DNA of 64,000 nt, from positions 3,008,001 to 3,072,000 of the forward strand of contig CAWCKH010000004.1 of NCBI GenBank assembly GCA_963796055.1, written 5' to 3'. The notes beneath the pieces are model-generated. The model was not told the DNA's origin and did not search any database. It saw nothing but the letters and a program-made list of their open reading frames with translations. Source of the stretch: an uncultured delta proteobacterium (GTDB taxonomy: Bacteria > Myxococcota > Myxococcia > Myxococcales > Myxococcaceae). Within the stretch, counting starts at the first letter, position 1. Every line of letters starts with the position of its first letter. This document shows, one piece after another, positions 10,590-19,734 of this stretch. Both the position numbers and the translations under genes were made by a program.

Positions 10590-10624
10590 ACCCGCTGTAG
10601 GTGTGCGTCGTCCCTGGGCTTCTT

Positions 10625-10653
10625 TGGACCGACCGCGTCGGCGGGGCTAGCAT
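10625..10653 (+). promoter_or_regulatory. Putative sigma70-type promoter (possibly leaderless) for the AMIN gene
   Basis: TGGACC-N17-TAGCAT, 7 nt before GTG at 10661. Confidence 0.4.
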
Positions 10654-10660
10654 CCGGACC

Positions 10661-12391
10661 GTGAGGAACGGCGCGCTCGGAGTGCTCGCCCTGGTGATCC
10701 TCGCCGGCGGAGCGACCCGCGCGGCGGACCCCCAGGTCAACACCATCAAGAAGGTCTCGGTGAAGGGTGGGACGGTGGAGATCGTCGGCACCCAGAAGCC
10801 GAGCTTCACCACCTTCCCGATGAGCGACCCGCCGCGCTTCGTCGTCGACATCAGCGAGGCGGTGTTCTCCGGGGTGCCCGAGGACGTGCCGGTCCCGGGC
10901 ACCGGCCGCATCACGGCGATCAAGACCGCCAGCTACGGCAACGACGCGAGCGCGATCGCCCGGGTGGTCATCGGGTTCGACCGGGACGTCGAGCCCGACG
11001 TCCAGGCCAGCGGCAACACCCTGGTGGTGAAGGTGGGCACCGGGACTGCGCCGTCGGTGGCCTCGCGCGCGGTGCCGGCGCCCGCACCCGCACCGCCCGA
11101 CAGCGCCCTGGCGCAGGGCCGGGCACTGGCCGCGGCTGTCACCGCGCCCCAGGCCAAGCCGGATGATCAGGCCGCACGCGAGGCCCTGGCGCGGGCCAAC
11201 GCCAAGGCGGAGGCCGACCGCAAGGCGGCGGAGGCCGCGGCGCTCGCCGAGCAGCAGCGTCAGGCGGAGCTCGCCCGTCAGCGCGAGGCGATCGCCGCCG
11301 CGGACACCGAGAGGAAGGCCCGCGAGCAGGCCGAGCGTGAGGCACGGGCCCGGGCGGACCAGGAGCGCGCCGCCCAGCAGAAGGCCCTGGCCGAGGCGCA
11401 GGCGCGCGCCGAGGCGGACCGGAAGGCGCAGGAGGAGGCGGCGCGGGCGGCGGCGGCGCAGAAGAAGGCGCAGGACGACGCCTCGCGGGCGGCGGCCGCG
11501 CGCGCCGAGGCGGAGCGCAAGGCGCAAGAGGACGCCGCACGGGCCGCGGCCGCCCGGGCGGAGGCGGATCGCAAGGCCCAGGAGCAGGCGGCGCGGGTGG
11601 CGGCGGCCAGTGCTGCGGCGCAGAAGAAGGCGCAGGAGGACGCGGCGCGGGCCGAGGCGCAGCGCCGGGCGCAAGAGGAGGCGGCCCGGGCGGAGGCGGA
11701 TCGCAAGGCCCAGCAGGACGCGGCGCGGGTGGCGGCGGCCAGTGCGGCGGCGCAGAAGAAGGCCCAGGAGGACGCGGCCCGGGTGGAGGCACAGCGGCGG
11801 GCCCAGGAGGACGCGGCGCGCGCGGACGCACAGCGGCGGGCCCAGGAGGACGCGGCGCGGGCAGAGGCGCAGCGGCGGACCCAGGAGGAGGCGGCGCGGG
11901 CGGAGGCGCAGCGGCGGGCCCAGGAGGACGCGGCCCGGGCCGAAGCGCAGCGGCGGGCGCAGGCCGAGTCGAGCAGGACGGTGGTCGCCCAGGCCGAGAC
12001 CCCGAGGCCGGCGGCCCGCGAGGTGAGCGACGCCCGCCCCGCCGCGCCGACCAGCGGTGGGGCCGAGGTGAGCAGCCGCCGGAAGACGGTGATGCTGGTC
12101 GGCTTCGTCCCGGACAAGTCGCGGGTCTTCGTCCGGACCAGCGAGCCCGTGCGGTACACCGTCTCCCGGGCGGACGACCGCACCGTGGTCCTGGAACTGG
12201 AGAACACCACCTTCCACCGCAGCAACGACCGCCGGCTGCTCGACACCCGGTACTTCGGCGGGCCGGTGGTGCAGATCGCCCCCAGTCCAGCGAGTGGCAA
12301 GACGGTGCGGGTCGCCGTCACCTTGCGGGACAAAGTGGAGTATCAAGCCCGGCAGGACGGCAACGAGGTCTCGTTGCAGTTCGCGCCCTGA
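10661..12391 (+). CDS. Secreted protein with N- and C-terminal AMIN-like domains joined by an Ala/Glu/Arg/Gln-rich helical rod
   Basis: Signal peptide; PSFTTFPMSDPPRFVVDI...ARVVIGF; C-terminal SRVFVRTSEPVRYTV...VVLELEN; ~270-aa TolA-like central segment. Confidence 0.82.
   Translation: MRNGALGVLALVILAGGATRAADPQVNTIKKVSVKGGTVEIVGTQKPSFTTFPMSDPPRFVVDISEAVFSGVPEDVPVPGTGRITAIKTASYGNDASAIARVVIGFDRDVEPDVQASGNTLVVKVGTGTAPSVASRAVPAPAPAPPDSALAQGRALAAAVTAPQAKPDDQAAREALARANAKAEADRKAAEAAALAEQQRQAELARQREAIAAADTERKAREQAEREARARADQERAAQQKALAEAQARAEADRKAQEEAARAAAAQKKAQDDASRAAAARAEAERKAQEDAARAAAARAEADRKAQEQAARVAAASAAAQKKAQEDAARAEAQRRAQEEAARAEADRKAQQDAARVAAASAAAQKKAQEDAARVEAQRRAQEDAARADAQRRAQEDAARAEAQRRTQEEAARAEAQRRAQEDAARAEAQRRAQAESSRTVVAQAETPRPAAREVSDARPAAPTSGGAEVSSRRKTVMLVGFVPDKSRVFVRTSEPVRYTVSRADDRTVVLELENTTFHRSNDRRLLDTRYFGGPVVQIAPSPASGKTVRVAVTLRDKVEYQARQDGNEVSLQFAP
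11558..11965 (+). repeat. Intragenic tandem repeats: a 132-bp (44-aa) duplication followed by ~5 imperfect 39-bp (13-aa, RRAQE(D/E)AARAEAQ) units
   Basis: gaggcggatcgcaaggcccag occurs at 11561 and 11693 (period 132); repeated cagcggcgggcccaggaggacgcggc units lie between about 11790 and 11960. Confidence 0.9.
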
Positions 12392-12418
12392 GCCGGTCGG
12401 GGCGTTTCACGCCCCGCG

Positions 12419-15211
12419 ATGACCCCGCTCGGCCTCGTTCTCGTCCTGCTGGCACAAGCCTCGACCACGCCGCTCCCGGCGGAGGGCGAGCCGGTCCGCT
12501 ACCAGGCCGAGCGGGGGACGTCGGACGGACACGGCGACGTGCTCCACCTCCAGGGCAAGGCCGAGCTGCGCACCGACACCGCCCGCGTCCAGGCGGACCG
12601 CATCGACTACGACCAGCAGACCCGCATCGTGACCGCCACTGGCCACTGCTATGCGGTGAGCGGGCTCGCGGGCGCGGTCGCCGACGGGCTCACCCTCGAC
12701 CTGGACGGGAACTGGCTCCAGCTGCAGAACGGCCGCTTCTTCATCAAGGCGGACGTGGCCCCCGAGGCGCTCCTCCAGACCTCCACCCCCGAGCAGCTCA
12801 TCGCCACCGGACGCACCACGCTCGCCGCCCGGGTGGAGCGGGTGGAGCGCGTGGGCCCGGGGCACCTCAAGGTGAACGGGCTCGACTTCACCCCTTGCGA
12901 CTGCAACCCGCTCGAGCCGCACTGGAGCATCAAGGCCACCGCGGCGGACGTGCACCCGGGGGAGCGGGCGTGGCTCTTCCTCCCGGTCGTCTACATCTAT
13001 GGCGTGCCCATCCTCCCCTTGCCAGTGCTGGACGTGCCGCTGAAGCCGCAGAAGAGCGGGCTGCTGGTCACCACGCCGGCCCACAGCGCCCAGAACGGCT
13101 GGCAGGTGACGCAGCCGGTGTACTTCGCGCTGGCCTCCAACTGGGACCTCACCGTGACGCCCGGGTACACCTGGGGGTCGTCGACGCAGCCAACCGTCGG
13201 CAATGCCGCGCTGGGGGTGAAGGGTCCGAGCCTCGACACCGAGGTCCGCTGGGCGCACTCGCGGGACACGAAGGGGGACATCGAGCTGTTCCTGCTCGAT
13301 GACCGGCAGTTCCTCCGGGACCCACGGACCCTCGTCTACTGGGGTGCCACGCCAGAATCCCCATCGCTCTCGGGCGACGTGCTCAAGGAGGCCCGCAGCT
13401 TCCGGGGGAGCCTCAACGGTGCAGTGCTCCAGAACTTCGGGGCGAGCTGGTCGGCGCGACTGGACCTCAACATGGTCTCGGACGCTGCGCTGGTGAAGGA
13501 CACCACCACCGACGTGGCCCAGCAGGCGAACCAGTACCTGCGGAGCTCCGCCGTTCTGAGCCGCCGCACCCCGGACAGCATCCTCTCGTTCGAAGTGACC
13601 GCGCGGCAGGACATCGCCTGGGGCGGGTTCTCGGCGTTCGACAACGACACCTGGCCCTACCCGACGACCGGGCTCGATCCGCACCAGGACAACTCGACGC
13701 ACCAGCCGGACTCGGTGGATCCCAGTCTCACCCGCGGCCAGTGGCTCCGCGGCCCGGCGACGTTGCAACGGCTGCCCACCGTCCATCTCGATCTGCCGAC
13801 CCGGCCGCTCGGGGAGCACCTCGACTGGTCGCTGAGCGCGGACTTCACCCGCCTCGCGCCGTTCAACGGCCACTCGGGAGACGAGGGCGTCGACGGGCTG
13901 TATCAGCTCGGTGGCCGGGGACAGCCGCCGCCGACGCTGGTCGACCCCACGACTGGCCAGCCAAACGCGGTGTGCCCGGGCAACACCCGCAGCGACCTCC
14001 TCACCCAAGGTGACCGCGTTTGGCAGTGCGGGGAGCGCGAGGCACGCCTGCGGCTCGACCTCGTGCCGCGCCTCTCGGGGAACGTCGGGGTGGGGGACTG
14101 GCTGCGGATCCGCCCGAGCGTGTGGATCCGCCAGGACCTCTATCTCGGCGAGGTCACCCGCACCACCGACCAGCGCGGCTATGTGGTGGGCGACGTGCTC
14201 GTCTCCAGCGAGCTCTCCCGCACCTTCGCCAACGGGCTCCGCCATGCCATCCAGCCGAGCCTCGAGTACCGGGAGATTCCCGGCCAATGGGGCGCCGTGC
14301 CGGGCAACCGGCCCACCGGCCCCAACCAGCCGGTCGAGAACCGCTTCTACGACGAGCTGGACGGGGCGCTGATGGACGTGCGGTTGCGGCAAGGCGTGGC
14401 CCGGCTCACGCAGACGCTGAGCCGCCGGACCGGAGCGGTGATGCAGGAGCTGCTCCGGGTGGAGATCGCCCAGGAGTTCGACTTCCACCAGGACAATGGC
14501 CTCGGCGACACGGTGGTCAGCGCCCGCGCGGCGTACGCGCCCTTCAGCGCGGGACTCACCTTCCGCTACGACAGCCAGCGCAGCTCCCCGGCCCTCTGGG
14601 CGGCCTTCGCCTCGTTCCAGATTCCCCGGTTCGGCACCACCCTCCGCTTCGACCAGCTGTTCGTCCCGGTGCAGTTCTTCGACCGGGATGTCTATGGGGC
14701 CTTCGCGCAGAACCTGCCCGCGGCGGCGATCTCCGGGGAGGACCTGGGACGCTGGGGCGGCGCGGGCAACATGCGCCAGGGGATCGACGCGCTCGTGGGC
14801 TCTCCGGTGCCCGCCGGATTCCAGAATGGCCAGCGCCAGAGCGCCATCACCCTCGAGGCGCACGTGAACCTGGTCTTCGGGCTGGGACTCACCTACTCGG
14901 GCACCCTCTACCCCGGGGCGACCTGGACGCTTCGTGATGCCACCGGCGCCCTCATCGACGCGCCGAACGGCGAGGCCAGGAAGGTCACCGGGAGCTACAG
15001 CCTGCTCGGGCAGCAGAACTTCGGGATCTCCTTCGCCCCGGCGTGCAACTGCTGGCGGCTGGACGTCATCGGCCGGCTGCCGCCCCCGTTCGGGCAGTAC
15101 GTCCAGGACCCCCCGGGGGGGCCCTACGTGCGGAGCACCTTCAACTGGCGATTTCCCGACCTCATCTTTCTGCTGACGATCCAGAACTTCGGCACGTTCG
15201 GCGCGAGCTAG
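12419..15211 (+). CDS. lptD: LPS-assembly outer-membrane protein LptD
   Basis: N-terminal beta-jellyroll (QADRIDYD), FTPCDC...WSIKA, YGVPILPLP...KSGLL, beta-barrel character and C-terminal CNCW. Confidence 0.85.
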   Translation: MTPLGLVLVLLAQASTTPLPAEGEPVRYQAERGTSDGHGDVLHLQGKAELRTDTARVQADRIDYDQQTRIVTATGHCYAVSGLAGAVADGLTLDLDGNWLQLQNGRFFIKADVAPEALLQTSTPEQLIATGRTTLAARVERVERVGPGHLKVNGLDFTPCDCNPLEPHWSIKATAADVHPGERAWLFLPVVYIYGVPILPLPVLDVPLKPQKSGLLVTTPAHSAQNGWQVTQPVYFALASNWDLTVTPGYTWGSSTQPTVGNAALGVKGPSLDTEVRWAHSRDTKGDIELFLLDDRQFLRDPRTLVYWGATPESPSLSGDVLKEARSFRGSLNGAVLQNFGASWSARLDLNMVSDAALVKDTTTDVAQQANQYLRSSAVLSRRTPDSILSFEVTARQDIAWGGFSAFDNDTWPYPTTGLDPHQDNSTHQPDSVDPSLTRGQWLRGPATLQRLPTVHLDLPTRPLGEHLDWSLSADFTRLAPFNGHSGDEGVDGLYQLGGRGQPPPTLVDPTTGQPNAVCPGNTRSDLLTQGDRVWQCGEREARLRLDLVPRLSGNVGVGDWLRIRPSVWIRQDLYLGEVTRTTDQRGYVVGDVLVSSELSRTFANGLRHAIQPSLEYREIPGQWGAVPGNRPTGPNQPVENRFYDELDGALMDVRLRQGVARLTQTLSRRTGAVMQELLRVEIAQEFDFHQDNGLGDTVVSARAAYAPFSAGLTFRYDSQRSSPALWAAFASFQIPRFGTTLRFDQLFVPVQFFDRDVYGAFAQNLPAAAISGEDLGRWGGAGNMRQGIDALVGSPVPAGFQNGQRQSAITLEAHVNLVFGLGLTYSGTLYPGATWTLRDATGALIDAPNGEARKVTGSYSLLGQQNFGISFAPACNCWRLDVIGRLPPPFGQYVQDPPGGPYVRSTFNWRFPDLIFLLTIQNFGTFGAS

Positions 15212-15328
15212 TTCCCGGAGTGTGCCGCTGGACAACGGAGCGGCTTTGCAGGAGCTTTGCTCAGAGTCCGAGCCGGAAGCTCCCATCGTCGTTGCAGAAC
15301 TGGATTTTCCAGACTTTCGAGGCACACC

Positions 15329-15685
15329 GTGTCTGACATCGGCAAGCGCATTGGTCGAAGAATTCGCGACCTCCGCACCCAGCGGCAAGACCGCTGGACG
15401 CAGGAGGACCTGGCCGAGCGGGCGAAGATCAGCGTGTCGTTCCTCTCGATGATCGAGCGCGGTGAACGCGTGGCGCACGTCGAGACGCTGGCCTCCCTCG
15501 CAGAGGCACTGGGAGTGAGCCTGGCGGAGCTGTTCGTCGAGCCCACCCCCCAGGGAACCAATGGCGAGGAGCTCCTCCGCCCCATCTCCGAGTTCGTCCG
15601 GTCACGGCACCTGGACAGCCGGGACGTGGAGAAGCTGCTCGGCGTGGCCCGGGCCATGTTCGCCACCCAGGCCAGCACCGTCTGA
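15329..15685 (+). CDS. XRE-family helix-turn-helix regulator
   Basis: IGRRIRDLR..WTQEDLAERAKISVSFLSMIERGE..LAEALGVSLAELF; GTG at 15329. Confidence 0.9.
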   Translation: MSDIGKRIGRRIRDLRTQRQDRWTQEDLAERAKISVSFLSMIERGERVAHVETLASLAEALGVSLAELFVEPTPQGTNGEELLRPISEFVRSRHLDSRDVEKLLGVARAMFATQASTV

Positions 15686-15710
15686 GCGGGTCGGCTGCCA
15701 TCGCCCTCGC

Positions 15711-15761
15711 TTGACCGCCCGGACGGCGCCCCCTAGCGTCCCGGCGCTGACTTTCGAGTCA
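15711..15761 (+). promoter_or_regulatory. Sigma70-type promoter and putative TetR operator
   Basis: TTGACC(15711)-N17-TAGCGT(15734), followed by the inverted repeat TGACT-TTCG-AGTCA at 15748-15761. Confidence 0.6.
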
Positions 15762-15779
15762 ACCGAGGGGGAGACACCG

Positions 15780-16469
15780 GTGGCGGGAACCAAGGCCAGC
15801 ACCGCGGCAGAGGAACGCGACCGGGACCGCCGGAAGACCATCCTCCGGGCTGCGGTGGAGGTGTTCGCGCGCAAGGGCTACCACGGGTGCCGCATCGCCG
15901 ACGTGGCCCGGGAGGCGGGCGTCGCGTACGGCCTCGTCTACCACTACTTCCGGAACAAGGAGGAGCTGCTCCAGCTGGTGTTCGAGGCCGGGTGGGGCGG
16001 CTTCCTGGCGCGCATCCGCGACGCCGCGGAGGCCAGCGCGCCGCTGGAGCAGAAGATCCACCGCATCGCCCAGGTCGCCTTCGAGGCCTACCGCATCGAC
16101 CCGCGGGGAGTGCGGGTCCTGGTGCTGGAGTTCGCCCGCAGCCCCAGCGCCGGAGAGGCCAACCGGCGCACCGCCTTCGCCGAGGTGCTGGGGGTCATCA
16201 CCCGGATGTTCGAGCGCGCCCGTGCCCGTGGCGAGCTCCGGGCCGGGCTCGAGCCGGCGCTCTGCGCGGCGATGCTCTTCGGCTCGGTGGAGATGAGCCT
16301 CACTGGCTTCGTGATGGGGCTGCTCGACCCGAAGCAGGCCGGTCTGCTCGCCCACGCGCAGGAGCAGCTCAGCTCCCTGTTCCTGGACGGCGCCCGTGCG
16401 GCTCCGGAGGACGCCCGATGGAAGAAGGACCGGTCCGGTCCGAAGTTGAAGACGGTCAAGCGCTCCTGA
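15780..16469 (+). CDS. TetR/AcrR-family transcriptional regulator
   Basis: ILRAAVEVFARKGYHGCRIADVAREAGVAYGLVYHYFRNKEELL; GGAG RBS before GTG. Confidence 0.93.
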   Translation: MAGTKASTAAEERDRDRRKTILRAAVEVFARKGYHGCRIADVAREAGVAYGLVYHYFRNKEELLQLVFEAGWGGFLARIRDAAEASAPLEQKIHRIAQVAFEAYRIDPRGVRVLVLEFARSPSAGEANRRTAFAEVLGVITRMFERARARGELRAGLEPALCAAMLFGSVEMSLTGFVMGLLDPKQAGLLAHAQEQLSSLFLDGARAAPEDARWKKDRSGPKLKTVKRS

Positions 16470-17197
16470 CCATCGACCGTCCGGCGGCACGTAACGCGCT
16501 CTCCCCCGAGGTGGTGGAGGGGCTGCGGGCCGCGCTGTCCCGCGCCGAGGCCGATCCCTCGGTCCGGGTGGTGGTCCTCACCGGGGCGGGGGACCGGGTC
16601 TTCTCCGCCGGCGGCGATCTGTCGGCCATGCCGGAGGGCGGAGCCCTCGCCGGCCACGCGCTGCGGCGGGCCTACGGGGCCCTCCTCGAGGCGCTGGCCG
16701 CCTCGGTGCTCCCCACCGTGGCCCGGGTGAACGGTCACGCGCTCGCGGGTGGTCTCGGCCTGGTGCTGGCCTGCGACCTGGCGGTGGCGGTGGACACGGC
16801 GGAGCTGGGCACCCCGGAGGTGGATGTCGGGCTCTTCCCGATGATGGTGCTCGCCTGGCTCCAGCGGCACGTCGGGCGCAAGCGGGCGCTGGAGCTGCTC
16901 CTCACCGGCGACCGGCTGAAGGCCGACGAGGCGCTGCGCTGGGGGCTGGTCAACCGCGTCGTGCCGCGGGCCGAGCTGGACGCGGCCACCCGCGCCCTCG
17001 CCGCCCGGGTGGCGGGGAAGAGCCGGGCCGTCCTCGCGCTCGGCAAGGCCGCCTTCCGGAGCGCGGACGGCATGTCCGTCCCCGAGGCGATGGACTTCCT
17101 CGCCGGGCAGCTCTCGCTCAACCTGGGCACCGAGGACGCCGCGGAGGGCATCACGGCCTTCCTCGAGCGCCGTCCTCCCCGCTGGAAGGATCGCTGA
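16418..17197 (+). CDS. Enoyl-CoA hydratase/isomerase (crotonase) family protein
   Basis: IDRPAARNAL, FSAGGDL, ALAGGLGLVLACD, GTPEVDVGLFP and EDAAEGITAFLERRPP. Confidence 0.92.
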   Translation: MEEGPVRSEVEDGQALLTIDRPAARNALSPEVVEGLRAALSRAEADPSVRVVVLTGAGDRVFSAGGDLSAMPEGGALAGHALRRAYGALLEALAASVLPTVARVNGHALAGGLGLVLACDLAVAVDTAELGTPEVDVGLFPMMVLAWLQRHVGRKRALELLLTGDRLKADEALRWGLVNRVVPRAELDAATRALAARVAGKSRAVLALGKAAFRSADGMSVPEAMDFLAGQLSLNLGTEDAAEGITAFLERRPPRWKDR

Positions 17198-17199
17198 CC

Positions 17200-18090
17200 A
17201 TGGGCACGCCACCGGAAAGGGTCGTCGTCACCGCCGCTCTGACCGGCGTGCTCGCCACCCGCGAGCAGTGTCCCTACCTCCCCTACACCCCGGCGGAGAT
17301 CGGCGAGGAGGCCCGGCGGGCCTACGAGGCGGGTGCGGCGGTGGTGCACATCCACGGCCGGGCACCCGACGGCGGCCCCACCTGGTCGAGCGAGACCTAC
17401 GCCGAGATCAAGCGGGAGGTGCAGGCGCGCTCGCCGATCATCGTCAACTTCTCCACCGGCGGCTTCAACATGGGCGCCGACGGCGAGGCGGAGAAGGCCG
17501 AGCGGCTTTCCTACGTGCGGACGACGCAGCCGGAGATGGCCGCGCTCAACATGGGGTCGATGAACTACGCCAAGTACTCGGCGGGGAGGAAGGCGTTCGT
17601 CTTCGACCTGGTGTTCCCCAACCCGTTCGGGGACATCCTCCTCGCCGCTGCCGCCATGCGCGCGGGTGGGGTGAAGCCGGAGCTGGAATGCTTCGACCTC
17701 GGGCACGTGGCCAACGCCCAGCCGCTTCTGGAGATGGGCGCGCTGAGGCGGCCGCTCCAGTACAGCTTCATCCTCGGGGTGCTGGGCGGCGCGCCACCGT
17801 CGGCCGAGACGATGGCCGCGATGGCCCGCTCCATCGGGCCCGAGGACACCTGGGAGATCATCGGCATCGGCCGGGGGCAGTGGCGGCTGATCGGCGCAGC
17901 GCTGGCCCTCGGCGGCAACGTGCGGGTGGGGCTCGAGGACAACTTCTACCTGGACGCCGCCGGAACCCAGATGGCGAAGGGCAACGGGCCGCTGGTGGAG
18001 AAGGCGGTGCGGATGGCCCGGGACGTCGGCCGCGAGCCGATGAGCCCCGACGAGGCCCGGCGCGCGCTCTCGCTGCCGCAGGTCTGGTAG
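17200..18090 (+). CDS. Beta-keto acid cleavage enzyme (BKACE / 3-keto-5-aminohexanoate cleavage family)
   Basis: VTAALTG, LPYTPAEI, AGAAVVHIHGR, NFSTGG, LNMGSMN, PELECFD and NVRVGLEDN. Confidence 0.92.
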   Translation: MGTPPERVVVTAALTGVLATREQCPYLPYTPAEIGEEARRAYEAGAAVVHIHGRAPDGGPTWSSETYAEIKREVQARSPIIVNFSTGGFNMGADGEAEKAERLSYVRTTQPEMAALNMGSMNYAKYSAGRKAFVFDLVFPNPFGDILLAAAAMRAGGVKPELECFDLGHVANAQPLLEMGALRRPLQYSFILGVLGGAPPSAETMAAMARSIGPEDTWEIIGIGRGQWRLIGAALALGGNVRVGLEDNFYLDAAGTQMAKGNGPLVEKAVRMARDVGREPMSPDEARRALSLPQVW

Positions 18091-18124
18091 CCCGCGGCGT
18101 GCGGGGGAGACGAGTGGGGTCGCC

Positions 18125-18538
18125 TCATCCGTTGTTCTGCCTGGCGGCAGGGGGACGGGGCGCATTCCTCGGAGCGCAGGCGGGAGGCTCACCTCTGGGT
18201 CCGCTGCGGCAGAGCCCATCGACCTCCTCTCCCCCGGGCCCGGCGAACTGACAGCTCGCCCCATCCTGCTGACCCTGGCAGGCAGCGAGGGCCTCGGGGG
18301 GTGGACCCCGGAAGGCGTGCGCCGGGGCGCAGGCACTGGTGGTCGAGTCCGGCGCCGCGCGACAGATGCCGGACACCGCGTGGTCGCCGAGCTGGAAGCT
18401 GCAGGCCGCCCCGGCCTCGCGACCCGCGCAGGCATCGACCGCCTCCTGGGGGGGAGAAGGCGCGTGCTCCTGGGCGGGCGCGAGCGGGGCGATGAAGAGG
18501 GAGAGGGCGAGTCCGAGGGAATGCGTCGGTCGGTTCAT
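18125..18538 (-). CDS. Small secreted Cys-rich protein with two internal repeats
   Basis: Signal peptide; two ~45-aa units PP.EA..AC.G...GA.C.F...G.CR...ACAP. Confidence 0.75.
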   Translation of the reverse strand: MNRPTHSLGLALSLFIAPLAPAQEHAPSPPQEAVDACAGREAGAACSFQLGDHAVSGICRAAPDSTTSACAPAHAFRGPPPEALAACQGQQDGASCQFAGPGGEEVDGLCRSGPRGEPPACAPRNAPRPPAARQNNG

Positions 18539-18607
18539 GGCGGCCGGTTCTCCCCCGACGACGCGAAGCCTGGATGGGTCCCGTGTTGCGGAACGTGTGC
18601 GGGCGCC

Positions 18608-19564
18608 TCAGCGCGCCTGTCCCGTGGGAAGGGCCGGGCCTGCGTCCGGGGGAGGGGCGACGCCTCCCAGGCCACCGTCCGGTGTTCCGCCGTCCGGGAG
18701 CTCGGGCGGGGGGAAGGTGGCCGGAGGCGACACCGCGCCCGGGAAGGGAAGGGCGAGCAGCGCTTGCGGATTCACCCACAGGGTCCCGATGTGCGCGCCG
18801 AAGTGGAGGTGCGGACCGGTGACCCGGCCCGTCTTCCCCACCAGACCGAGGAGCTCCCCCCGCCGCACGTCCTGTCCCGCCTTCACCAGGAACTTCGAGA
18901 AGTGGAAGTAGGCGGTGATGAGTCCCGCGCCGTGGTCGACGAGGACGGTGTTCCCCGAGGTGTAGCAGTCACGCACCATCACCACCCGCCCGTCGTTGGC
19001 GGCGCGGACCTCGTCCCCGGTGGAGCCCTCGAGATCGAGGCCGTAGTGCTGGGTGGTCTTCTTCCCGTTGAGCGTGCGCTTGTCCCCGAAGCGGGCGGTG
19101 ATCTCCGCCTCGCGCGGCTTCTGGAAGTTGTCGCCGAAGGTGCGAGGGTGGTGCGGCCGGTCCCAGGCCTTCTGGAACGCCGCCTGGTCCGCCTTGATGC
19201 GCGCCCGGGCCGAGGCAGGAACCTTGACGAACTTGCTGGCGACGGTGAGCTGGCGCTCGGGGAACTCGGGCGGGACGACCTCCAGCGGCGCATCGAGGGT
19301 CACCGCGCCGGCGGTCACCCTGACCAGAAGGATGCCGGGCTCCTGCTCCACCGGGATGCCGACCAGCGCCTCGGCGTGGTCCTCGCGGACGTAGAACGGC
19401 GCGGACCGACCGCCGACCGTTCCCTCGGGGACGCCCTTCACCCCGCGGACGACGATCAGGACCGGGTCTCCCGGCTTCAGGCGCGGCGGCACCAGCTCGA
19501 TCGAGGGTGCAGCAGCGGCAGCGACGGAAGCGAGGAACGCGAGGAGCGCTGCGGGTCTGCGCAA
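18608..19564 (-). CDS. M23-family metallopeptidase
   Basis: HYGLD, GNTVLVDHG, YFHFS and GRVTGPHLHF. Signal peptide after TTG 19564 (start uncertain; ORF open to 19609). Confidence 0.9.
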   Translation of the reverse strand: MRRPAALLAFLASVAAAAAPSIELVPPRLKPGDPVLIVVRGVKGVPEGTVGGRSAPFYVREDHAEALVGIPVEQEPGILLVRVTAGAVTLDAPLEVVPPEFPERQLTVASKFVKVPASARARIKADQAAFQKAWDRPHHPRTFGDNFQKPREAEITARFGDKRTLNGKKTTQHYGLDLEGSTGDEVRAANDGRVVMVRDCYTSGNTVLVDHGAGLITAYFHFSKFLVKAGQDVRRGELLGLVGKTGRVTGPHLHFGAHIGTLWVNPQALLALPFPGAVSPPATFPPPELPDGGTPDGGLGGVAPPPDAGPALPTGQAR

Positions 19565-19734
19565 GGTCGAAGACCAATACCGCGTTCTCGCCGGAATTTG
19601 CAGACGCAACGTGGAGGCGTTCGTCTGCCCGCGGGGAAAGCGGCCGACGAACTCACCGAGGCGTCACCCCGGCGCCATCGTCCGCCCGCGCTCTTGCGTG
19701 CTGGATGCGCCCCCTCTCCAAGGAGGCAGCACGC

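Noticed and set aside
11558..11965. Regular repeats as a possible CRISPR array
   Set aside because: In-frame, degenerate, without unique spacers, inside a CDS, and no cas genes.
11278..12333. Minus-strand ORF with repeated RRCASARAASSW, resembling a multi-core RiPP precursor
   Set aside because: It is the reverse complement of the AMIN rod repeats, and no modifying enzymes are nearby.
12407..15478. 1023-aa minus-strand ORF, and similar long ORFs such as 2914..4992 and 32913..35117
   Set aside because: Antisense shadows of real genes caused by high GC3; no recognisable motifs.
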